Source: an uncultured Verrucomicrobiae bacterium (GTDB taxonomy: Bacteria > Verrucomicrobiota > Verrucomicrobiia > Chthoniobacterales > UBA10450). Taken from it: a stretch of DNA of 64,000 nt. A program made the position numbers and the translations under genes. Positions 29,999 through 38,671 of the stretch are shown here, in pieces (the stretch's first letter is position 1; every line of letters begins with the position of its first letter). The DNA lies in contig CAWDGJ010000001.1 in the NCBI GenBank assembly GCA_963801815.1, positions 96,001-160,000 of the forward strand. Reading direction: 5' to 3'. The notes under the pieces are model-generated. The model saw only the letters and a program-made list of their open reading frames with translations. It was not told the origin of the DNA and ran no database searches.

Positions 29999-30101
29999 GC
30001 CTGATTTCAATCGCGTTTGATGCCGGTCGGGGAGGCAGCCCGTTATCAGCTGTCCATTTTAGGTCTTCTCATTCCAAACGAAGCTCATTAAGCTTTCGAT
30101 C

Positions 30102-30821
30102 ATGAAAACCAAGTATTTCGTTTTGCTCGTGGCGCTTGGCTTCGCCGCCGCCTGCGTGGTGAATGCTCAATCGCCGTCTCCTTCACCGGCGGAATCGCCA
30201 GCCAAACATAAGTCGCACAAAAAAGCGAAAGCGGAAGCTTCTCCGGCAGAAAATGCGTCACCGGCGGCTGCCGAAGCATCACCGTCTCCGGCCAAGAAGT
30301 CCCGCAAGAAAAAGGAAGCCGCGGCTGAAGCTTCTCCGGGGGAAAGCGCGTCACCAGCGGCCGCGGAAGCATCAGCGTCTCCGGCCAAGAAATCGCGCAA
30401 GAAGGCGAAAACGGAGGCTTCTCCAGCGGCAAGCGCATCTCCGGCCGCTGCCGCCCAACCGACCACTCAACCGCTGACCGAACCGGCATCCAAAACTGCG
30501 CGAAAGAAGGCGGCGATGACGACTCCGGCTACTGCGGCACCCACAGCGTCAGCTTCACCGGCAAATAAAACGTTAGCCGATTTATTCAAGCCGAAGACTT
30601 CACCGACGCCGGCGGCAGCTGCTGCTGGTACAAAATCAGAGGCGGTGGCCAAGACAACACCCGCTCCAGGTGGTGGGCCTGGAATGGTTTGGGTAAACAC
30701 CGAAACCAAGGTTTATCACAAGGAAAGCTCTCGGTTTTACGGCCGAACGAAGAAAGGTCAATACATGACCGAGGCCGACGCGATGAAGGCGGGCTACAGA
30801 GCAGCGAAAGGGAACGACTAG
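30102..30821 (+). CDS. Secreted Ala/Ser/Pro/Lys-rich repeat protein with C-terminal VWVNT..KVYH domain
   Basis: Signal peptide; about three ~30-aa repeats (KK..AEASP..ASPAAAEAS.SPA). Confidence 0.8.
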   Translation: MKTKYFVLLVALGFAAACVVNAQSPSPSPAESPAKHKSHKKAKAEASPAENASPAAAEASPSPAKKSRKKKEAAAEASPGESASPAAAEASASPAKKSRKKAKTEASPAASASPAAAAQPTTQPLTEPASKTARKKAAMTTPATAAPTASASPANKTLADLFKPKTSPTPAAAAAGTKSEAVAKTTPAPGGGPGMVWVNTETKVYHKESSRFYGRTKKGQYMTEADAMKAGYRAAKGND

Positions 30822-30843
30822 AGAGTCATTTACAATCAAAATT

Positions 30844-30883
30844 AGAAAGCGGCGATGGGCAAAATCCCATCGCCGTTTTCTTT
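30844..30883 (+). terminator. Rho-independent terminator
   Basis: GCGGCGATGGG-CAAAAT-CCCATCGCCGT followed by TTTCTTT. Confidence 0.8.
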
Positions 30884-30989
30884 GCTCACATGTGTCTGCG
30901 GCTCGCGGTGGGAAATTAAGAACAGAGCGTCAGAGGAACAGGACGTTTGGCAATCGGCAATTCTCCGGCATATTGCTGCGCTATTTTTT

Positions 30990-31077
30990 GGTGAGGTGGC
31001 TGAGTGGTTGAAAGCAGCGCTTTGCTAAAGCGCCGTGCCCCAAAAGGGTACCGAGGGTTCGAATCCCTCCCTCACCG
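30990..31077 (+). tRNA. tRNA-Ser(GCT)
   Basis: Acceptor GGTGAGG/CCTCACC, anticodon arm GCGCT-TTGCTAA-AGCGC, long variable arm, GGTTCGAATCC; CCA not encoded. Confidence 0.95.
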
Positions 31078-31129
31078 GCTGCCCTAATTATTTTCGTGCA
31101 AACGTTTGCACGGGCCGGCACGCGGTGAG

Positions 31130-31160
31130 GTGGCCGTTGGCTTCATAGCCTTGGTTAGGC
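31130..31160 (-). repeat. attC-like site, left arm
   Basis: GCCTAACCAAGGCTATGAAGCCAACGGCC containing the upstream gene's TAA; shares ATGAAGCCAACGGCC with 33315-33329. Confidence 0.7.
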
Positions 31161-31487
31161 TTCCTTGGGCGGCTTAGGCAAATTGCGCTGCCCCTCGCTC
31201 TTGTCCGACGACTTCGCAACAGAAATGCGATTAACCTGTAACATGACAGCCGCACCGAGAAAGAAAATCAGATACCAGCGCAGATGGAAATGTCGGTGGA
31301 TGGCGTAGAACACAAAAGCTATGCAGAAAATGGCGACGAACCAACGGAAGCTTATGTCGAAGCACAGCGGTGTGCCACATGACGGGCACGGCCAGCTTAC
31401 CCAAATCCAAGGTCGGGCGTAAAGACGCCACCAACTCACGCGGTGGCCGCAAACGGGGCAAGAGTGATGATGGAATTTCGGCTTCAT
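31155..31487 (-). CDS. Cassette gene: Zn-ribbon (CPVC/CPSC) protein with two TM helices
   Basis: Starts just after an ATTAGGC attC end; stop lies in GCCTAAC. Confidence 0.65.
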   Translation of the reverse strand: MKPKFHHHSCPVCGHRVSWWRLYARPWIWVSWPCPSCGTPLCFDISFRWFVAIFCIAFVFYAIHRHFHLRWYLIFFLGAAVMLQVNRISVAKSSDKSEGQRNLPKPPKEA

Positions 31488-31498
31488 GCCTGACGGAG

Positions 31499-31562
31499 GC
31501 CTAATGAGAAAGAGATAAGCCACGGGCGGGGTCGGTGGCAAACACGCTGGAGTTGTATCGCG
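31499..31562 (-). repeat. attC-like site, right arm
   Basis: CGTGTTTGCCAC...CCGTGGCTTATCTCTTTCTCATTAGGC; the GTGGCAAACACG core is shared with 33283-33294. Confidence 0.7.
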
Positions 31563-31898
31563 GATGCTTCGACCGAAGAATGCGCAGGTGATGTCATCCA
31601 ATGGTCTCAAGCTCCCTACCGCTCCGGGCAGACGCAAGTAGCGAGCAATGAAACCAACTGCATTAATATCCGCGAGACTTGCTTGCGGCACGTCGCACAG
31701 GGGCCTTGTGAGCATGTTGTCTGCGCTGTTTCGCAGAACTGTCTTCCGGTCGCGATGTGTCACGTTTCGGCTTTCCGCTCCAAAACCCTCCACCGAAGGC
31801 CTGTTTGCGATTTTGTTTAGGCATCGACGAATATCGGTGGGTTGTCCCGATTTGCCAATGAACGGCAGCCAGCAGTTGGCTGCAGCGATGGTCAGGTG

Positions 31899-32342
31899 CT
31901 ATTTCTGTCGTAACAGAGATCTTTCACGCTCCGCTAACTCAGCCTTGGCTGCTACCCATAGCCGATACTTCAGCATGAGCTTCTCCGAATCTTTTCCGAC
32001 AATGGCTTTGAGCATGTCTCCTTCCGCTTCAGCAACTCGGAGTCGAATATAGTAGTCGAGCGTCTCTTTGAGGTGGGCTAAAACGATCCTTCCAGTGAGG
32101 ATGGGATGGTTATTGGTGACATTAGCATCCGAAAAAGCCAAGCCGTGCTCCAACTCGACCTCCAATCCATCCCGAAAATCTTCCGTGGAGATGGCAAGGG
32201 TCTCGCCTCCGATAATCTTCTTGATCGCGTTGGCCTCCTCGATTTTCACCTTCGCATCTGTCAACGCGGTCCAATCCCGGATGCCGATCGTGGAGCATAC
32301 ATGCCGCACTTCCTCTTTCGTTATGTATTCAGGGATATTCAT
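31899..32342 (-). CDS. Cassette gene: DUF5661-like protein
   Basis: GLEVELEHG...NVTN..PILTGRIVLAHLKE..DYY.RL; preceded by GTTAGGC and followed by ACCTGACC..GCTGCAGCCAAC. Confidence 0.75.
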   Translation of the reverse strand: MNIPEYITKEEVRHVCSTIGIRDWTALTDAKVKIEEANAIKKIIGGETLAISTEDFRDGLEVELEHGLAFSDANVTNNHPILTGRIVLAHLKETLDYYIRLRVAEAEGDMLKAIVGKDSEKLMLKYRLWVAAKAELAERERSLLRQK

Positions 32343-32382
32343 TTTTGATGATTGGTGATTGATCAGTGATTTATGATTGCCT

Positions 32383-32458
32383 GCCTAACGAGAGACACAA
32401 TTCTCACCCACGGCCCGGCAGGCGCAAGTCGCAGTGGGTTGAATCAGACTAGCTAGGT
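32383..32458 (-). repeat. attC-like site (complete, 76 bp)
   Basis: ACCTAGC...ACCCAC...GTGGGT...TCTCTCGTTAGGC. Confidence 0.6.
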
Positions 32459-32691
32459 CGACATCGAATCCATGACGCAGTGGAGCCGTTGGTAGCCAGC
32501 GGCTTGGTTATGCGCTTAATGCGGCTGCGAAAGGGAGCACTAGCCGAGCTATAACGCTTCGATTTGAGTCTTCCCGCCTCATAATCGAATCCAATTATGG
32601 GGATGGAATTGGCCGCTCGAAATCTAAACACAGACGAACTATCCTTTGTCAGGGTAAATCAGACAACGGATTCCCTTGGGAGGCATTATTT

Positions 32692-33252
32692 ATGAAAGCG
32701 TTGTTTACCGCCATCTTCTGCGTTTTGTTTTGTGCTGATGTAATTCCGGCGGAACCGGACAAGGATGCATTAGAGAAGCTTGCCGCTCATATCGGAAAAA
32801 CCTTCTGGTCACCGCCTGAAAAACGACTGGTCCGTGCCACAACCTATCAAAAGGGAAAGGATGGTTCTGGTTTTCGGAAAAACATAAGCAATCCAACAAT
32901 CAGTCTGTTGCGCTATGCCACAGCCAAAGAAGCAGGCACAATTGCAGTTCCTCACTGGCTTCCTCGTGGCAGCATGGTCAAAATCCAGACCCAACAGGGT
33001 GTTTATGCCTATATTGCCTCTGATAACGGCGGCGATGTGGACAATCGAAGAGCGGCACAATCTTCAGGAAAAACAATAGAACAAAGAGGGGCAACGGTGC
33101 TCGACTTTTGTGCTCCAAAGCAATTGTGGCCAGATTTCATTATCGTTGAAATTTACTACTACGCGGGCAAGGTCCCTTTTGATAAACTCGGTCTTGAAGA
33201 TCAGAAAACGCTTTTCGCCTATGCTATGGAGTATGTAACAAAGCGTGAGTAA
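32692..33252 (+). CDS. Secreted 3D-domain-like protein
   Basis: Signal peptide; RATTY...IAV....GS.V.I...ASDNGG...VLDF; visibly more AT-rich than flanks. Confidence 0.6.
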   Translation: MKALFTAIFCVLFCADVIPAEPDKDALEKLAAHIGKTFWSPPEKRLVRATTYQKGKDGSGFRKNISNPTISLLRYATAKEAGTIAVPHWLPRGSMVKIQTQQGVYAYIASDNGGDVDNRRAAQSSGKTIEQRGATVLDFCAPKQLWPDFIIVEIYYYAGKVPFDKLGLEDQKTLFAYAMEYVTKRE

Positions 33253-33271
33253 TGGATTGAAGGTAGGACTG

Positions 33272-33342
33272 CGGCAGGGTTCGTGGCAAACACGTTGAAG
33301 GTAGATCGCAATAGGGCCGTTGGCTTCATCGATTGGTTAGGT
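33272..33342 (-). repeat. attC-like site truncated at its right end
   Basis: ACCTAACCAATCGATGAAGCCAACGGCCC...CGTGTTTGCCACGAACCCTGCCG; contains the stop of a Cys-containing ORF fragment (33337-33520). Confidence 0.7.
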
Positions 33343-33586
33343 CTCATTTTGCTTTAGCGGGCAGTCTTCGTGGTGAAATCCTAAACAGCCGCACGATGGG
33401 CAAGTGAATCGGCGAGGACGGGCCTCTTGCGGCCCATGTTTTTTGGTCCGCGGGAGCTCTCTGCTGAGATAGCGGTTCCGCGCAATATACTTAACGCGAT
33501 ATCGACCAACGCGGGAGCGCAATCCCTCCCTCACCGCGCTTAATCGCTCGACAGGCTTTGATGCGGATCGAAGAGTAAGAGGAAGA

Positions 33587-34759
33587 ATGATTAGCGAAGA
33601 AGACGCGCGCGCGAGGATTTTAGAATCGGTTCGGCCCTTGCCGTCGCGGCGATTGTCGATCTTGGAGGCGCTTGGTCGATTTGCCGCGCAGGATTACATC
33701 GCGCGCGTGCCGCTGCCGGTGTTCGACAATTCGGCAATGGACGGTTACGCAGTTATTGCGAGCGCCTCCAAAAGAGGCGCGCGTTTGCGCGTGATCGGCG
33801 AGCAACCGGCTGGAGCCGATCGAAATCTGCGTGTTTCGAATGGAAATACTGTGCGGATTTTTACCGGCGCGCCGATGCCGGCGGGCGCGGACGCGGTCGT
33901 AATGCAGGAAGACATCACCAGAGATGGCGATGAGATTCTTGTGAACACAGATGTCGATCCTGGTGAATTTGTGCGCCGGCGAGGCTGTGATCTTGGCGAA
34001 GGTCAAAAAATTTTGAGCGCGGGCGAGCAACTCACCGCGGCGACAGCGAGCTTACTTGCGTCGCAGGGATTTGATGAGATCGCGGTCGGCAGCGAAGTGC
34101 GCGCGGCCATCGTTTCGACTGGCGACGAATTGGCGAACCCGGGGGAAAAACTTCGGCCTGGCCAAATTTATGACAGCAACTCAATCCTGCTTCAGGCTTT
34201 GTTGAAGCGTACCGGAGCTATCGTCGCCTCGAGCCAGCGCTGCAATGATGATGCGGGTTCGTTGAGAAACGCCTTTCAATCATGCGCGAAGAACGAAATT
34301 GTCGTTGTGAGCGGTGGCGTTTCGGTGGGTGAACACGATTTTGTTCAAGCAACACTGCGCGGACTCGGTGCCAGGATCGATATCTGGCGGGTAGCAATCA
34401 AGCCGGGGAAACCATTCTTGTTCGGGCGACTCGAAAACGCATTTGTGTTCGGCTTGCCGGGAAATCCGGTTTCCGCGTTTGTCACATTCCTGCAATTCGT
34501 CCGCCCGGCGATTTTGAAAATGATGAGCGCAACCGATCTCGAGTTACAGAAGGTGACCGCTCGACTAATGGTCGATCTAATCAACGACGGCGAACGGGCG
34601 CATTACTTTCGTGGAAAATTCGAGCACGGAACATTTGCGCCGATCGGGCGACAGGAATCGCACGCACTGTTTGGACTGAGTCAATCGAACGGGTTGTTGC
34701 GGCTCGCTCCGGGAGAAGGTCGCAAACGCGACGACCTGGTTGAATTGCAAGTGTGGTAA
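33587..34759 (+). CDS. moeA: Molybdopterin molybdenumtransferase
   Basis: PVFDNSAMDGYA, IFTGAPMP.GADAVVMQE, STGDEL, SGGVSVG, IKPGKP, GLPGNPVS. Confidence 0.95.
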   Translation: MISEEDARARILESVRPLPSRRLSILEALGRFAAQDYIARVPLPVFDNSAMDGYAVIASASKRGARLRVIGEQPAGADRNLRVSNGNTVRIFTGAPMPAGADAVVMQEDITRDGDEILVNTDVDPGEFVRRRGCDLGEGQKILSAGEQLTAATASLLASQGFDEIAVGSEVRAAIVSTGDELANPGEKLRPGQIYDSNSILLQALLKRTGAIVASSQRCNDDAGSLRNAFQSCAKNEIVVVSGGVSVGEHDFVQATLRGLGARIDIWRVAIKPGKPFLFGRLENAFVFGLPGNPVSAFVTFLQFVRPAILKMMSATDLELQKVTARLMVDLINDGERAHYFRGKFEHGTFAPIGRQESHALFGLSQSNGLLRLAPGEGRKRDDLVELQVW

Positions 34760-34780
34760 CTCCTTTTGCGCGCGCGGAGT

Positions 34781-34808
34781 TTGACAGTCCAGCGGCGCAT
34801 TTTAGCTT
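34781..34808 (+). promoter_or_regulatory. Possible sigma70 promoter for marR
   Basis: TTGACA-N16-TAGCTT; very close to the annotated ATG, so the real start may be downstream. Confidence 0.35.
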
Positions 34809-34810
34809 AG

Positions 34811-35320
34811 ATGGCTTTGAACACGGAAACAGCGCTCGCGGAAAGCCTGCCTAGTCAATTCCGTGCTGACGCCGAACGCCTTTCTCACATCGTTCTCGAG
34901 ATGCAGCGTTGCTTCGTCCTGCATCTCTGCAAGGAACTCGCGCCGGGCAACGTTTCGTTTCCGCAGTTTTTTCTCCTCGCTTATCTCGACCAAAAGGAAG
35001 TGCTGACCATGTCGGCAATCGCGCAGAAAATGGGACATACCACGGCGGCAGCCAGCGGCCTGGTGGCACGGCTTGAGAATTTGGGAATGGTGGTCCGGTC
35101 CGTCGCGCGTGATGATCGCCGGAAGGTGATGGTCTGCATCACTCCGAAAGGTTCGGAATTAGTACGGCGAATTCGTCAGGAGATGGTTGGCAACCTGATG
35201 AAGATCATGGAATACCTTTCGCCGGAGGAGCAAAAAGCGTGGCTCCACATCTACAGCAAAATATACGATTATTGCCAATCGAAGGATTGCCGATCCTTTG
35301 GCAACCGTGCTAAAAGATAA
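34811..35320 (+). CDS. MarR family transcriptional regulator
   Basis: SFPQFFLL...MSAIAQ...ASGLVARLE..G.V.R....DRR.V.V.IT.KG. Confidence 0.9.
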   Translation: MALNTETALAESLPSQFRADAERLSHIVLEMQRCFVLHLCKELAPGNVSFPQFFLLAYLDQKEVLTMSAIAQKMGHTTAAASGLVARLENLGMVVRSVARDDRRKVMVCITPKGSELVRRIRQEMVGNLMKIMEYLSPEEQKAWLHIYSKIYDYCQSKDCRSFGNRAKR

Positions 35321-35384
35321 ACTAGGATTGATTGAATCCGCGCCTTACCCTTGGCGCATCTAATTTTTAGACGCCTTAACCTTA

Positions 35385-37139
35385 ATGCGAAAAAGTCTTC
35401 TCGGATTTGCCTTAACTGCATCTTTGATCGCCCTCGTGGCCTTGGGACAGACTCCCAGTCCGACGGAGACCCCGGCCCCGACACCGGTGCTTGTCTCAAC
35501 CGCGACGCCAACGCCGGCGCCGTCCGCGTCGCTGACCCCGAACGATGTGGGCACCGTGTCTGTGCCGTCGACATTGGCGACGCCAAATGAATCGCCGTCA
35601 GCAACCCCGTCGTCCACGCCGATCGCGATCCGAGCCGCTGGCCTCGGCGAGAGCGATCTCGGCGTGTCGGAGGAAGGCGCACCCGTCTTCCGGATCGACC
35701 AGGCGGTGATTACGGCACTCGCTAAAAATCCGGCAGTTCTTCAGGCGCTTCAGGAGATCCGCCGGACTAAAGGCGTCATTATCCAGATTCGGGCGGAGGC
35801 TCTACCGCAGGTTGGGCCGAGCTTTAGCTGGAATTGGACGGATCCAAATCTGCACGACAACAGCAGTTTCTCGACGTTCAGTACCGGCGGCGGCGACGCC
35901 GGCGGCGGCGGCGGCATGGGCGTTGGCGGCATCAAGAATTTGCGCAGCGATATTACTTACAACGTCCAAGTGACCGGAACGCAGCTGGTTTTTAACTACA
36001 GTACATTCCGCGCAATTCGCGGTACGTTCTTCCAGCGCGATTCGGCCTACTTCGCGCTCCGCAACACTCTCGATACGACAATCGCAACCGTGAAGACCCA
36101 ATTTTATCAGGTGATCGTGAATCGCGAGTTGATCGTGGTTCAGGAGGATTCGGTTAGTCTGTTGGAGAGCCAGTTGAAAGATCAGCAAAACCGCTTTGAA
36201 GCCGGAACCGTCCCGCGGTTCAACGTGCTCCAGGCGCAGGTGCAACTCTACAATCAGATTCCCCAATTGATTGCCGCGCGGAATAGTTATCGAATCTCCG
36301 TGTTACAGTTAGCCAAGACTCTCGGCTTGGATTATGTTCAAGGAACGCGTATCCGCTTGCCGCTGCGCGTATCCGGAGATTTGACTTACGTTCCGCGGAA
36401 AATTGACCTGCTGGCGGCGCTCGAGGCTGGCCAACGTAATCGGCCATTGTTAAAAGAACAGCGCGCGAACGTTTTGAACCAGATCGAGCAAGTCCACGTT
36501 GCCATCGGCAGCTGGTTACCGAACGTCAATGCCAACGGCGGCGGCGAATGGCTGAGTAGGGAATTCAATCCAGGTTTTTTGGAGAATGTTTCAAAGGGCT
36601 GGTTGACGACAGTCACTGGCAGCTGGCCGATCTTCGATAGCGGCATGGCCTGGGGCAAGATCCAACAGCAGCGGGCGATATTATCGGAGCAAGAAATCAC
36701 TTACGACGACGACGTGCGCCAGGTCCAACTCGAGATCCAGCAAGCAGCTTCGAATTTGCTGCAGAACCGCGAGACCGTTGTAGCAACGGAGAAAAATCTA
36801 GAAACATCTGCGGAAGCTTTGCGCCTGGCAAAAGCGCGATTGGATGCGGGCGCGGGCACGCAGCTCGATGTTCTGAACGCTCAAGTGCAGCAGACTACAG
36901 CTCAATCCACGTACTTGCAGGCCCTCTTTGGCTACATCTCCTCGCTGGCCGACTTTGATCGCGCCACCGGTACACAGAGCTCGTACACCGAACGATTCGA
37001 CGGCATCGCACCGCGTGCGACCCAGAGCCGAACATATTATACCGGCAGCGATGTCGACGCCCGCGGGGAGCCTAAACTGAATCGGGGCATCCAGACGACC
37101 ACCACGACGACTACGACATCGCAAACAGGGGCGAAGTAG
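35385..37139 (+). CDS. TolC-family outer membrane protein with Thr/Pro-rich N-terminal linker
   Basis: Two OEP repeats (RFEAGTVPRFNVLQA; RLDAGAGTQLDVLNA), WPIFDSG. Confidence 0.9.
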   Translation: MRKSLLGFALTASLIALVALGQTPSPTETPAPTPVLVSTATPTPAPSASLTPNDVGTVSVPSTLATPNESPSATPSSTPIAIRAAGLGESDLGVSEEGAPVFRIDQAVITALAKNPAVLQALQEIRRTKGVIIQIRAEALPQVGPSFSWNWTDPNLHDNSSFSTFSTGGGDAGGGGGMGVGGIKNLRSDITYNVQVTGTQLVFNYSTFRAIRGTFFQRDSAYFALRNTLDTTIATVKTQFYQVIVNRELIVVQEDSVSLLESQLKDQQNRFEAGTVPRFNVLQAQVQLYNQIPQLIAARNSYRISVLQLAKTLGLDYVQGTRIRLPLRVSGDLTYVPRKIDLLAALEAGQRNRPLLKEQRANVLNQIEQVHVAIGSWLPNVNANGGGEWLSREFNPGFLENVSKGWLTTVTGSWPIFDSGMAWGKIQQQRAILSEQEITYDDDVRQVQLEIQQAASNLLQNRETVVATEKNLETSAEALRLAKARLDAGAGTQLDVLNAQVQQTTAQSTYLQALFGYISSLADFDRATGTQSSYTERFDGIAPRATQSRTYYTGSDVDARGEPKLNRGIQTTTTTTTTSQTGAK

Positions 37140-37159
37140 ATAACCGGGAAACTGTTGAC

Positions 37160-37822
37160 GTGAGTGTACGGGCTCCGGTGGAATATTTTCCGGCGCTAAA
37201 TGCGATCGCCAACATTCGCCATGCATTCATCGAACGTGTTCCGGGCATCGACGTTTCGCAGGATAAAGCCGAGGCATTGAAGCGACTTGAGGTTGTCCAG
37301 CGTGACGCGCGGCGCGAAATCGGAATCGGGGATTGGCCACTCCTGACCGCGCAGCAGGTCCACGGCGATAAAATTGCGGTGATTGATCGCCCGATCGGTC
37401 GCGACGACGAGTTTGCGGGCTGCGACGGACTGATCACGAACCAGAATCGACTCGCGTTGGGGATTCACGTCGCTGATTGCTGCGCGGTTTACCTTGTCGA
37501 TCCACGGACGCCGGCTATCGGCCTGGTGCATTCTGGAAAAAAGGGCACGGAGCTAGCGATTGCCGCAAAAGCGATTGAGCGGATGCGGGAAAGGTTCGGA
37601 TCCAATCCGGCCGACCTGATTGTCCAACTCAGCCCGTGCATTCGACCGCCACATTACGAGATCGATTTCGCGGCGCAGATCGTCGAACAATGCCGCGCCG
37701 CCGGGGCGAAACAAATCCACGACTCGGGCGTGTGCACCGCCTGCGATATCGGCCTCTATTATTCCTATCGCGCCGAAAAAGGGAAAACCGGCCGAATGCT
37801 CGCACTTCTCGGACTGCCGTAG
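37160..37822 (+). CDS. YfiH/PgeF family protein
   Basis: QVHG, DGLIT, ADCC, HSG, CT.C...YSYR..G.TGR. Confidence 0.9.
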   Translation: MSVRAPVEYFPALNAIANIRHAFIERVPGIDVSQDKAEALKRLEVVQRDARREIGIGDWPLLTAQQVHGDKIAVIDRPIGRDDEFAGCDGLITNQNRLALGIHVADCCAVYLVDPRTPAIGLVHSGKKGTELAIAAKAIERMRERFGSNPADLIVQLSPCIRPPHYEIDFAAQIVEQCRAAGAKQIHDSGVCTACDIGLYYSYRAEKGKTGRMLALLGLP

Positions 37823-37832
37823 CGGCTCTTTA

Positions 37833-37896
37833 AACCGCGAAGCGCTACGAACCTCTTTGAGTGCTTAACCTTCGTGATCTTCGTGTGCTTCGTGGT
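37833..37896. repeat. Nonamer (CTTCGTGNN)x3 inverted element overlapping the lpxA 3' end
   Basis: AACCGCGAAG ... CTTCGTGAT CTTCGTGTG CTTCGTGGT. Confidence 0.7.
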
Positions 37897-38671
37897 GATG
37901 ATATGGACAGATGCCGCGTTTTGTCGCATTCGCGACGAAATCGAGAAACTCACGCGCGGCAGGACCAAATTTCGTTTCCGTAGCTTTTTCGATCGCCTGA
38001 TGAACGTTAAGTCCACTGTTGTAGATCAGCTTGAAAGCCGCCTTAATTTCATCGCGGTCCTTCGCGCTGATTCCTGCGCGCCGTAGCCCCACCACGTTCA
38101 AGCCGAAAACGTAATTGCGCTCGGCCGCGATCACGAACGGTGGAATGTCTTTGCTGAACGCGGATGCGCCTTGCGTGATCGCCAGTCTCCCGACGTTCAT
38201 GTGTTGATGAAACACGCAACCGCCGCCGAGAAATGCAGCGTCTCCAACACGGACGTGGCCGCCGAGCAGGCAATTGTTCGCGACGATGACGTTGTTGGCG
38301 ATTTCGCAGTTATGCCCGACGTGCGCGCCGGTCATCAGAAAATTGTTGTTGCCGATTTTCGTCACGCTTCCGTCGGCACTGCCACGATGGATCGTGCAGT
38401 GTTCCCGAATGACATTCTCATTTCCGATTTCCACGCGCGTTGTACGCTCCTCCGAAAATGAAAGGTCCTGCGGCGCCGTCCCAATGATAGCGCCCTGACC
38501 GATGACATTGTTCGCACCAATTCGAACATCAGACTCGATCATGGCGTGCGATTTGATCACTGATCTGTCTCCAATCTCAACGCCTGCATCGATCACCACG
38601 TAAGGTCCAATCTCAACGTCGACGCCGATCTTCGCTTCCGGATCAATGATTGCGGTGTGGTGAATGTTCAC
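37865..38671 (-). CDS. lpxA: Acyl-ACP--UDP-N-acetylglucosamine O-acyltransferase
   Basis: Hexapeptide repeats, IH.TAII, PQDL, IREHCTIHRG, HVGHNC, GLNVVGLRR. Confidence 0.95.
   Translation of the reverse strand: MNIHHTAIIDPEAKIGVDVEIGPYVVIDAGVEIGDRSVIKSHAMIESDVRIGANNVIGQGAIIGTAPQDLSFSEERTTRVEIGNENVIREHCTIHRGSADGSVTKIGNNNFLMTGAHVGHNCEIANNVIVANNCLLGGHVRVGDAAFLGGGCVFHQHMNVGRLAITQGASAFSKDIPPFVIAAERNYVFGLNVVGLRRAGISAKDRDEIKAAFKLIYNSGLNVHQAIEKATETKFGPAAREFLDFVANATKRGICPYHHHEAHEDHEG

Larger units (their letters stand above)
31062..33536. mobile_element. tRNA-Ser-associated island bounded by a 16-bp direct repeat, containing integron-like cassettes
   Basis: AATCCCTCCCTCACCG at 31062-31077 and 33521-33536; attC-like sites inside; no integrase. 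Confidence 0.75.

Noticed and set aside
31124..31134. GGTGAGGTGGC, identical to the tRNA-Ser 5' end
   Set aside because: Only 11 bp, no cloverleaf follows, and it merges into the attC arm; not a second tRNA.
33337..33534. 65-aa ORF as a complete gene
   Set aside because: Its start lies within the duplicated tRNA end; more likely the 3' remnant of a truncated cassette gene.
33537..33586. Moco riboswitch upstream of moeA or the other Moco genes
   Set aside because: The spacer is too short here, and no recognisable structure was seen upstream of the other Moco genes.
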